A DNA stretch of 54,863 nucleotides, from the NCBI GenBank assembly GCA_030141605.1, contig JAQGDQ010002398.1, forward strand, positions 1-54,863. Direction: 5' to 3'. Source of the stretch: Tubiluchus corallicola (taxonomy: Eukaryota > Animalia > Priapulida). Positions 20,882 through 31,141 of this stretch are shown here, in pieces. The stretch's first letter is position 1. Each line of letters begins with the position of its first letter. The translations under genes were made by a program, and so were the position numbers. Under the pieces are notes generated by a model. It made no database searches, was not told the origin of the DNA, and saw only the letters and a program-made list of their open reading frames with translations.

Positions 20882-21856
20882 ATGAAAAAAAACGAAAAAT
20901 CAACTACACAACATTTTACAAAAACAAAACCTAAAGAGAATTTTATAGAAGGAGAAAAAACCATCTTGTTTTTCCCTGAGGAGAAAGAAGGTAGGCAAGG
21001 AGAGGGAGGGTTAAGGACAAAAGGTTTTTTTAAAGCAAACACCAAAAAAAAACCACTAATTACTGTTGTAACAGTAGTATTTAACGATTCCAAAGGACTT
21101 GAAAAAACAATACAAAGTGTTATTAATCAGAGCTATGATAATGTAGAGTATATTGTAATAGATGGTGGGTCGAAAGATGGAACAGTAGATGTAATAAAGA
21201 AATATGAATATGCAATAGACTATTGGGTAAGTGAAAAAGATAAAGGCATATATGAGGCCATGAACAAGGGCATAGACCTTGCAACGGGAGAGTGGATGAA
21301 TTTTATGAATGCTGGAGACACCTTTTATGAATTAGATACTCTTGAAAAAATAGAATTTACCAAGTGGAAAGATAAGCATATATTGTATGGAGATGCTATA
21401 ACATCATACTCGGGTTATAGCTTGTTAGGAAAACCTGATCATGGAAAAAAGATATGGGAAAGAACAATGTGTTGCCATCAGACAGCATTCATTAAACGAC
21501 AATTACAAAAAAGATATAAATATAATACTCAATATAATATAGCAGCAGATTATGATTTTTTTTATAAGGTTTATATTCAAAAATATGTTTTTCATTATTT
21601 TCCCAAAGTTATAACATTAATGTATGGGTATGGAATTTCTAGAACGAAAGATATTTTAACGTTATACGAAACTTGCTTAGCATCTTATAGAAATAATCCT
21701 AAAAAAATTTTCTTCATCATACTACACTTTATAAAAGGTATTTTTCGTTCAGTGCTGATATATAAAACAAAAAACTTGCTTTTATTGATTTTACCAAAAA
21801 ATGTTTTTATTGGTTTAATGAAAATTCGTCACAAAAAGAAAGTAGTGGATCTCTAA
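20882..21856 (+). CDS. GT2 glycosyltransferase (WfgS/WcaE-like) with N-terminal extension
   Basis: PLITVVTVVFN, YIVIDGGSKDGT, GIYEAMNKG, FMNAGD, CHQ, AADYDF. Confidence 0.92.
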   Translation: MKKNEKSTTQHFTKTKPKENFIEGEKTILFFPEEKEGRQGEGGLRTKGFFKANTKKKPLITVVTVVFNDSKGLEKTIQSVINQSYDNVEYIVIDGGSKDGTVDVIKKYEYAIDYWVSEKDKGIYEAMNKGIDLATGEWMNFMNAGDTFYELDTLEKIEFTKWKDKHILYGDAITSYSGYSLLGKPDHGKKIWERTMCCHQTAFIKRQLQKRYKYNTQYNIAADYDFFYKVYIQKYVFHYFPKVITLMYGYGISRTKDILTLYETCLASYRNNPKKIFFIILHFIKGIFRSVLIYKTKNLLLLILPKNVFIGLMKIRHKKKVVDL

Positions 21857-22930
21857 TTACTTCTCAAAACTTGACTTATTAGGTAATATAGAATTAAAAA
21901 AATCAACTAATATTTTTTCTACTTCTTTACGCTGTGCATCTGATAAATTTGGAAAATCATTAAAGCAAAGAAGCGAAAGTTTTTTATTATTACGTATGAA
22001 TTTTATTGTCTTTTTTGTTTGCTCCATGGGCGACGTTTTACCATCATATATTAGACTAGATTTTACTTTCAACATTTGATTTGTAGAGGGTGCTAGTAAA
22101 ACATCTTTTGGAAAATATGGGTTGAAACGACCATGAGCAAGTCTTGAAAATCTGAACAAAGTTTGAGTCAAAGCATTATATTGTCTAAACTTATGATGCA
22201 TTGCAGCCTGTATTTCCTTTTTGTATTGTTGATACAGAGTCAATATATCTTGTTTAAGGTATGGCTTTGCGTGGTGATACTCTCTAACTGTTGGAATAAA
22301 ATTGATAGGCAATATCCTCCATAGCAGATTTGAAAGATTGTTTTTTAAACCATAATTCCAATTAAACATCTTAGCAAAGAGTTTTCTAGTCATCACTCTT
22401 TTATTTATACTTTGATTAATAATATTCATCGTTACAAGATTCATGTGTGTTTCTGGATCGACATAAAAATACATAAATGGCACAACAACAAAAAAATCAT
22501 TAGGAAGCCCATTTTTAAAGAAACGCTTTTCGCCAATAGGCTTTAAAACATACGTATCATCATTAAAATATACAAATTGTTCTGATAAATCTGGAATATT
22601 AGCTATCCCTAGTTCTATTGCTCCACTATTAAAAGTAGGTAATGCGGATTTAGGCAATATCTCCTCATGTTTAATGATGTTGATTTTTGGATGATTAACG
22701 TTTAGCCACTTGGGGAGGTGCCCATATGTAACAAAGTGGATTTTTCTCACCCAAGGAGTAAACTCCTCAAATCCTCTGAATATATATTTAAATGTATTCC
22801 ACGCTCTGTATCTATGCTCTATGTCTTCTACTTCTCCTTTGTGGTGCTGTTTGAATTCTTTTTGCCATTTGGGGTCAGAAGAGTCTACCCATGTAATCAC
22901 AAAATCTATTTCTGGAGGCTTGTTTTTCAT
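21857..22930 (-). CDS. Stealth family hexose-1-phosphate transferase
   Basis: CR1 IDFVITWVD, CR2 (PWVRKIHFVT, LPTFNSGAIE, FVYFNDD), CR3 HHAKPY...KFR, CR4 LLCFND. Confidence 0.92.
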   Translation of the reverse strand: MKNKPPEIDFVITWVDSSDPKWQKEFKQHHKGEVEDIEHRYRAWNTFKYIFRGFEEFTPWVRKIHFVTYGHLPKWLNVNHPKINIIKHEEILPKSALPTFNSGAIELGIANIPDLSEQFVYFNDDTYVLKPIGEKRFFKNGLPNDFFVVVPFMYFYVDPETHMNLVTMNIINQSINKRVMTRKLFAKMFNWNYGLKNNLSNLLWRILPINFIPTVREYHHAKPYLKQDILTLYQQYKKEIQAAMHHKFRQYNALTQTLFRFSRLAHGRFNPYFPKDVLLAPSTNQMLKVKSSLIYDGKTSPMEQTKKTIKFIRNNKKLSLLCFNDFPNLSDAQRKEVEKILVDFFNSILPNKSSFEK

Positions 22931-22990
22931 GAAAATCTATTTTTTTTACTACTTTCCAGGTCATATTTAGCAATAAAGTTATCTTTATCA

Positions 22991-23009
22991 TATCTTTGAA
23001 ACAAAGATA
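22991..23009. promoter_or_regulatory. Palindromic pair of face-to-face -7 elements, TATCTTTG-AAA-CAAAGATA
   Basis: Perfect 8-bp inverted repeat; each arm is a TAnnTTTG pointing at one of the two divergent genes. Confidence 0.6.
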
Positions 23010-23065
23010 CAAAATTTTTATAAAAGTCAAAAAACATAACCAATAAATAGAATATTAAAAGCATT

Positions 23066-24430
23066 ATGCTAACCTTACAGAGGATTGTTATAGCATTGTT
23101 ATTTGTTGCATTTCAGATGTTTATAGCCTGTTTGCAACCATTTGCAGGAATTGGCGTAGGTGTAATCATAGTTGCTATATTGGGGCTAAAACTAAAAACC
23201 TCTAATTATTTGTTATTATATTTCGTAGTACTTCTTACTCTACAAAATTTTTTTATTTCTATATTTTCTATATTTATAGAAACCTCTTTAGAACTTAATA
23301 TTCTACAAGGGTTTAATTTCTTTTTTGCTGTTTTTGTATTTATAATTTTATTAATCAAACATAAGAGGCATGTATTTATCATTGATAAGCGTATAAAAGG
23401 ATCTGTAATATTAATAACATTTTCTATATTGTATGGTGCGGTATTGGGAGCATTGCAAGCCGAAAATTTAACAAATACATTAGTTTATATTCGAGTATTA
23501 ACCTTACCAATTATGAGTTTATTCATTGGAGTTTGGCTAGCAAGAAATACTCATCAATTTTCTTTTGATAATTTATTCATAGTTTTGACCTTTGTTTTTG
23601 TGGTGGGAGCCTTTGTAGAATTTCTTTTCCCACAGGCATACTATACATTAATAAATGCTCCAAGTTTTTTTATTTTTAAGAAAAGCTTTCCACAAAGCAC
23701 CACTGCTGCAGATATAATAACTCGCTTTAATAGACCTTTTTTTAACATAGATGCTATAATTCAAGCAAAACTTTTACGTATTGCAGGCTTAACAATGCAT
23801 GGCATTTCTTTTGCTTTTATGATGTTTTCTGTAGCCATGTTTCATAGGTATAACAATAAAAAAAGGTTATTTTATCTTATTTTATTTGTAGTAGCTTTCT
23901 TTGCGGCGGTTAAAGGCGTAACACTAATGATGTTATATGTTATTTACTTATCTATATTTCTACGAAATAAAAAGCCTAGTGTTTACACAATCATACTTTT
24001 TCTTCTTCCTTTCTGGGCAGGAATATTAATAGCAGGTAATTTTGTATATAACGAGCATGTAATTGGGTTTATCAATGGATGTAAGAGTCTTGTGCTTCAT
24101 CCTTTTGGATTAGGGTTAGGATGCGTGGGCAACTTTGGGGATAAGTGGATTTCCCATGGAGGAGAAAGTATATGGGGGGTGATTTTTGCGAGTTTAGGAA
24201 TAATTTCTTTTTTATACCTTATTCCTTTATTTAATATAATAAAGTTTTTGTTTAATAAATTAAGAAATGATAAACGCACACAAATAATAGGCTGGGGATG
24301 TGTTATTTTATTTTTTCAAGGAATTTTTCAAGAAGAAGCATTCTCTCCTTTGGGTTTGAGCTTCTTTATGTTTTTAACGGGATATATTACATTTAAACAT
24401 CATCTTTCTTGTTATTCAGTACAGAAGTAA
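23066..24430 (+). CDS. Polytopic membrane protein, probable Wzy polymerase or O-antigen ligase
   Basis: About 11-12 hydrophobic segments, periplasmic loop, HPFGLGLG motif, glycan-locus context. Confidence 0.65.
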   Translation: MLTLQRIVIALLFVAFQMFIACLQPFAGIGVGVIIVAILGLKLKTSNYLLLYFVVLLTLQNFFISIFSIFIETSLELNILQGFNFFFAVFVFIILLIKHKRHVFIIDKRIKGSVILITFSILYGAVLGALQAENLTNTLVYIRVLTLPIMSLFIGVWLARNTHQFSFDNLFIVLTFVFVVGAFVEFLFPQAYYTLINAPSFFIFKKSFPQSTTAADIITRFNRPFFNIDAIIQAKLLRIAGLTMHGISFAFMMFSVAMFHRYNNKKRLFYLILFVVAFFAAVKGVTLMMLYVIYLSIFLRNKKPSVYTIILFLLPFWAGILIAGNFVYNEHVIGFINGCKSLVLHPFGLGLGCVGNFGDKWISHGGESIWGVIFASLGIISFLYLIPLFNIIKFLFNKLRNDKRTQIIGWGCVILFFQGIFQEEAFSPLGLSFFMFLTGYITFKHHLSCYSVQK

Positions 24431-24475
24431 TTACTTTTACATATTATTAATTATTTAATTGTAGACTAAATATTT

Positions 24476-25390
24476 ATGTTTTCATTTATTATTCCAACAA
24501 AAAATAGACAGCAGCTATTAAAGAAGTCAATAACGCATATACAGCTTAGTCTAAAAGAAATGAAATTTCCTTATGAAATTTTAATATTTGATGACAACTC
24601 TACACCAGCTTTAAAATTCGATGATCTTCCTAATAATGTTATTTTAACAAGAAGCGATAAAGCTGCTGGGCCTGCTTTTGCAAGAAATAGGCTAATAAAA
24701 ATGGCTGCCACCACAACAAAATATTATGTGTTCTTAGATGATGATATTTTTGTTTTTAATCTTCAGGAGGCATTATTAATTGCAAAGAAAAACTTAGATG
24801 AAGGATATGGTGCCGTCACCATTCCCCATATTGATCTTCCTTTAAAAAGAAACGCATTTGCACAAAAGTTTAGATATTTCTTTGATAAAAGAAAGCATTC
24901 TAATGATGTTGTCTTTTTTAGCGAAGGAGTTTGCATTATGAAAAAAGAAGTGTTTGATGCATGTGGTTACTTTGATGAAACTTATGTTTTCGAACTTGAT
25001 GAAGGAGATTTTTCTTTGCGAATGTTTGTAAAAGGAATTAAGCAAAAAGTACTTTTTAATTATAGAATTATTGCTATTCATGATAGACCATTAGCTTTTC
25101 ATATAAGTGAAGATAGCCAATATCACATGGCAAAGGAAGAGTGGTTAAGAAGAAAAGTACTATTACTCTCAAATCGCTTACTCTTTCATTATAAATTTAT
25201 AAAAAATAAACCATTACGATTAACTTTAAATATTGTATATTTTTTAATATATTGCACGAAACTTAAAAATATTACATTAGTAAGAAATGCTATAAAAAGA
25301 TATAAAAAACTAAAATTGAAGATTAAAACTGAGCAATATTCTCTAAAAGTCATTTTTCGTTTCCTATTTAAAAGATATTTCAACTGGTGA
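24476..25390 (+). CDS. GT2 glycosyltransferase
   Basis: FSFIIPTKNR, ILIFDDNS, GPAFARN, VFLDDD, FDE...EGDFSLR; TGA stop overlaps the next ATG (TGATG). Confidence 0.88.
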   Translation: MFSFIIPTKNRQQLLKKSITHIQLSLKEMKFPYEILIFDDNSTPALKFDDLPNNVILTRSDKAAGPAFARNRLIKMAATTTKYYVFLDDDIFVFNLQEALLIAKKNLDEGYGAVTIPHIDLPLKRNAFAQKFRYFFDKRKHSNDVVFFSEGVCIMKKEVFDACGYFDETYVFELDEGDFSLRMFVKGIKQKVLFNYRIIAIHDRPLAFHISEDSQYHMAKEEWLRRKVLLLSNRLLFHYKFIKNKPLRLTLNIVYFLIYCTKLKNITLVRNAIKRYKKLKLKIKTEQYSLKVIFRFLFKRYFNW

Positions 25391-25853
25391 TGAGAACAAA
25401 ATTATGTTTGATAGCGTCTGGTGGCGGACATTTTTTAGAACTATTGCAATTAGAAAAATGGTATGAACAGTACGATCATTTTTTTATAACAGAAAAGACT
25501 AATACAATTAAAGAATTTTCTAAGCAAAACAAAACCTATCTGTTCCCACAGATTAATAGGAGGAGATATGATTTTTTTTTCTGCTTACCATAATATTTTT
25601 TAAAGGAGCAAGAGTTTTGATAAAGGAAAAACCAAACTTTATTATTAGCACGGGAGCATTAGTTGCCTTTCCCATTTTATTGATGGCAAAAGTAATGCGA
25701 AAAAAAATTATATTTATAGAGTCATTTTCTAAAGTAAAAGGGCAAACAGTCACAGGAAAATTAGCATACAAGTTTGCTGATTTGTTTATTATACAAAGAA
25801 AAGAATTGCAAAAGTTCTATCCCAAAGCAATTTATGGAGGTAGCATATACTAG
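25390..25853 (+). CDS. PssD/CpsF (Alg14-like) glycosyltransferase subunit, frameshifted in a T9 run
   Basis: ASGGGHFLEL, KEKPNFIISTGA, IFIESF, TGKLAY; one extra T at 25572-25580 joins the two ORFs. Confidence 0.88.
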
Positions 25854-26348
25854 ATGATATTTGTAGTATTAGGCACACAGCAATTTCAATTTAATAGATT
25901 GCTAATTGAAATGGATAGACTAGTTTCAAAAGGAATTGTCCAAGAAAAAGTTTTTGCACAAACAGGTCATACAAAATATGTTCCCAAGCATTTTAAATAT
26001 TCTTCTTTTTTAACATTTAACCAGTTTATTACTAACCTCAAGAATGCCAGTTTAGTTATTACACACGGAGGCACTGGATCTATCATTAGTGCTTTAAAAC
26101 AAAATAAAACCATTATTGCTATTCCTCGTTTAAAAAAATATAGGGAACATGTAGATAATCACCAGCAAGAAATTGTCGAAGCATTAAGCCAAAGTGGCTA
26201 TATTATAGTTTGTAACAATGTAGAAGATTTAGGAAATAAAATAAATATTGCTAAATGCTTTAAACCTATTCCTTACGTGAGTGGCAATGATAAAATCATT
26301 TCTATTCTTCAAAGCTTTGTTGAAAATTCCTTCAAAATGAAAAAATAA
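25854..26348 (+). CDS. PssE/CpsG (Alg13-like, GT28 C-terminal) glycosyltransferase subunit
   Basis: MIFVVLGTQQFQFNRL, ITHGGTGSI, PRLKKYREHVDNHQ. Confidence 0.9.
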   Translation: MIFVVLGTQQFQFNRLLIEMDRLVSKGIVQEKVFAQTGHTKYVPKHFKYSSFLTFNQFITNLKNASLVITHGGTGSIISALKQNKTIIAIPRLKKYREHVDNHQQEIVEALSQSGYIIVCNNVEDLGNKINIAKCFKPIPYVSGNDKIISILQSFVENSFKMKK

Positions 26349-26380
26349 TTTATATTTGTTTGAACAAATTATTTTAAATC

Positions 26381-27034
26381 ATGGCAATATTAGCACCATC
26401 TATATTGGACTCTAATTTTGGAAACCTTGAAAAGGAGATAGACTTATTGCATAAAAGTCAAGTAAGCTGGCTGCATTTGGATGTAATGGATGGAGTGTTT
26501 GTCCCCAATATTTCGTTTGGCATACCCGTAGTGAAAGCAGTAAAGCAGTTGTCAAATAGCTTTTTAGATGTTCATTTAATGATAGTCAACCCTGAAAACC
26601 ACGTAGAAAAATTTGCACAAGCGGGAGCTTCCCTAATAACCATTCATTATGAAGCATGCAAAAACATTGACCAAACCATTAATTTAATAAAGTCATTAAA
26701 TAGCCAAGTTGGGCTTGCAATAAATCCTGATACAGACGTAAGTGTCGTTGTGCCTTATATCGAAAAATTAGACTGAATTCTTATAATGTCAGTTTTTCCG
26801 GGGTTTGGTGGACAGAAATTTATTGACACAGCCTTAGAAAAAATATCCTATTTAAAAAAAGAAATAGACAAAAGGTCACTAAAAACAAAAATTGAAGTTG
26901 ATGGAGGCATTAATGAACAAAATATTAAAAATGTTGCACAACATGGGACTGACATAATTGTAGCAGGAAGTTGCATTTTTAAATCAAATAACCCAAAAGA
27001 AACCATCAATACATTGCAACAATTTATAAACTAA
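26381..27034 (+). CDS. rpe: Ribulose-phosphate 3-epimerase with one in-frame TGA at 26774-26776
   Basis: APSIL, HLDVMDGVFVPN, DVHLM, then KLD*ILIMSVFPGFGGQ, EVDGG, VAGS. Both ORFs share a frame, giving 217 aa if read through. -7 element TATATTTG at 26351-26358. Confidence 0.93.
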
Positions 27035-27042
27035 ATAGCAAA

Positions 27043-28059
27043 ATGAAAAAAGTTTTTCTTGTGCTATTAGCTCTTGTTTTTTCTTTTGTTGCTGTGAAAT
27101 TTTTATTGGAAATAAGCCAAAAATGTGATTTTAAAATAATAGCTTTTTATAACGTAGAGAACTTATTTGATACTATCAACAACCCCTTAGTTTATGATGA
27201 TGAGTATACTCCAACAGGGAAAAAGCGATGGACAAGCCATAAATATTATGATAAAATAGAAAAAATTTCCAAAGTTATATTTGATATAGGTAATGAGAAA
27301 TTTAATACTGTTCCAGCAGTTGTTGGTTTATGTGAAGTAGAAAATGAGGAGGTAGTTAAAGACCTAATCAACTCCTCTTTTTTAAGGCATTATAACTATG
27401 ACTTTGTTTTTTTCAAATCAAACGATGCACGAGGTTTGAATACTGCCTTGCTTTTTCATCCCAAGCAATTTAAATTGCTAACTGCTCAAGCTAATAGAGT
27501 GAAACTGCCTAATTATAGAACGAGAAATATTCTACTTATTTCGGGCATAATTAATCAAGAAAAAATCTACATCCTTGTCAATCATTGGCAGTCACGCCTA
27601 TTGGGAATAAGTGAGACAAATTTATTTAGAGTTGAGGCGGCAAAACATTGCCGAAGAATAATTGACTCTATACAGCTTATAGATAATAGTGCAAAAATTG
27701 TTATTATGGGAGATTTTAATGACGAAATGCATAACGAAAGTATTACCAAACATTTGCAAGCTACAACCGATTCGGCGAATATAAAACCAACAGAATTGTT
27801 TAATACAATGGAAAAGTTTGTACTACAAAATAGAGGTAGCTCTAAGTATAAAAACCAGTGGCAGCTTTATGACCAGATGATTATTAGCCAATCTTTATTG
27901 AATAACCAATCTTCCTTTTATTTTTATGATGTTGATATTTATTCTCCTGATTATTTGATTAGGGATGGCGCACCATTGCGTTCTTTTTTTGGAAATTGGT
28001 ACACAGGAGGATATAGTGATCATTTGCCTATTTACCTTACGTTGTTAGTAAAAAATTAA
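27043..28059 (+). CDS. Endonuclease/exonuclease/phosphatase family protein with N-terminal anchor
   Basis: FYNVENLFDT, GLCEVEN, VNHW, MGDFND, GYSDHLP. Confidence 0.92.
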   Translation: MKKVFLVLLALVFSFVAVKFLLEISQKCDFKIIAFYNVENLFDTINNPLVYDDEYTPTGKKRWTSHKYYDKIEKISKVIFDIGNEKFNTVPAVVGLCEVENEEVVKDLINSSFLRHYNYDFVFFKSNDARGLNTALLFHPKQFKLLTAQANRVKLPNYRTRNILLISGIINQEKIYILVNHWQSRLLGISETNLFRVEAAKHCRRIIDSIQLIDNSAKIVIMGDFNDEMHNESITKHLQATTDSANIKPTELFNTMEKFVLQNRGSSKYKNQWQLYDQMIISQSLLNNQSSFYFYDVDIYSPDYLIRDGAPLRSFFGNWYTGGYSDHLPIYLTLLVKN

Positions 28060-28087
28060 TTTTTTGAGGCTTTTAGGGGATTATGGA

Positions 28088-29281
28088 CTAATATATATCT
28101 TTTTCTTGATAAAACCTAAACCCAATGCTTACTCTTAATGTATTGGCAAGCGATGTATTGCTGCCTAATTTTGGTATCAAATAAGATATATCTACATTAA
28201 TAAATTTGTATAAAATTCCAAGCCCAAACGCAAAGTACTGTCTATCGCCTTTTTTGGTGTTTTCATGAAAATATCCACCTCTTAACGCTATTGTTTCGTT
28301 ATACCAATACTCTACTCCTGTGCCAATCATTATCTCTTGCATCTCTTCTTTAAAACCACCGGGAGCGTCAAAAAAAGAACCAAACACAGCGTTCATCCAT
28401 GGTCGGTTAGGATCTTTTCCTTTTTCAATAATTAAATTTCCGTCACTATCTTTTACATATTTGCCATCTTCATCAACTTCATACATAGGAGGAGTGGGAA
28501 CTAATAGCTTTGAAAATTCAAGATTAAACCCTAAGGTATGATTCTCTGCAATTTCTGTGGTAACTGTAGAGCCCAAACGTATTGTGGTTGGGACAAAGCC
28601 TGATTCGTCAAGAAGGCCATAATTGATTTTTGAAGCTAAATTATTAATAGCAATGCCCACATTGTAGGTTGTCGACTTTTTAAATAGCTCTATGTCTTTG
28701 GTATGATATAAACCTAAGTCACTTCCTAAGCTGTAGGCTGGCTTATAGTATGTTACGCCGCCTGACCTAATGTCGGTAGATGAAACATTAGAGAATATGA
28801 AGTTGAATGAAAGCCCCATACTCCAATTTTTTGTCAACTTCCTAGAATAACCTAATTTTGTAGAGAATTCATATGGAAAGTATTCAGTGGTTACATTACC
28901 GCTTGCATCTGTTAGAAGTATGCTTCCTATGCGAAAATATTTAAAGTCTAGTCCTACTGCTTGTACATCATCCATTTTGTAGTACCCTGAAAAATAGGCT
29001 ATATACATATCGTCTACCACTTTTCTCAACCAAGGGTTATACGAAAAAGAAAAAGCATATTGGTCATCTGATAAAGCCATTTTTCCAACATTCCAATTCA
29101 TGCTATTTGCATCTGGAGATGTTGCAACTCCAACATCTCCCATGGCACTAGATCGAGAGTCAGAGGCAACTTCAATAAATGGTACAGCAGTTTGTATGAT
29201 TCTACTGTTTGTTGTCTGTGCTAATGCTTGAGAGAATAAAAACCCATAAGCAAAAATAAATATAGCGATTAATAGCTTCAA
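28088..29281 (-). CDS. porV: Type IX secretion system outer-membrane shuttle PorV
   Basis: TAVPFI...DSRSSAMGDVGVATSPDANS..WN, YNPWL, KLLVPTPP, SFFDAPGGFKEE, ALRGGYFHE; -7 element at 29327-29334. Confidence 0.9.
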   Translation of the reverse strand: MKLLIAIFIFAYGFLFSQALAQTTNSRIIQTAVPFIEVASDSRSSAMGDVGVATSPDANSMNWNVGKMALSDDQYAFSFSYNPWLRKVVDDMYIAYFSGYYKMDDVQAVGLDFKYFRIGSILLTDASGNVTTEYFPYEFSTKLGYSRKLTKNWSMGLSFNFIFSNVSSTDIRSGGVTYYKPAYSLGSDLGLYHTKDIELFKKSTTYNVGIAINNLASKINYGLLDESGFVPTTIRLGSTVTTEIAENHTLGFNLEFSKLLVPTPPMYEVDEDGKYVKDSDGNLIIEKGKDPNRPWMNAVFGSFFDAPGGFKEEMQEIMIGTGVEYWYNETIALRGGYFHENTKKGDRQYFAFGLGILYKFINVDISYLIPKLGSNTSLANTLRVSIGFRFYQEKDIY

Positions 29282-29607
29282 TTTGTTTGTTTTTTATCTG
29301 TACTATAACTAATAGTGATACACTAGCAAATGTAAGAATAGTAGTTTAATTTTTTTAATGATTTTTTGCTTTTTTTGAATATAATATTTTTTATAGATAA
29401 ATTATAGAAAAAGAAATGAAGAGTTTAGAGTTGTTTTAATTTAGTGTGGAAGCTAAAAAAAACGAAACTAATAATTGTTTTTTGGCACAAAATGTTTTAT
29501 AAAAATAAAATACTTAGGTTTTTTTCTTTTCTAAAAAATGTGTTTGTTTTACTTATTTAATTTGTATTTTTAAAACTTATTTAAGTTATACAGAAAATAT
29601 CTATTGA

Positions 29608-31116
<1,509 letters not shown>

Positions 31117-31141
31117 TAATAAGATATTATAAAATGTATAA

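Noticed and set aside
22931-23065. Invertible (phase-variable) capsule promoter
   Set aside because: The inverted repeat is the promoter element itself with a 3-bp spacer. There are no flanking repeats enclosing a promoter and no recombinase nearby.
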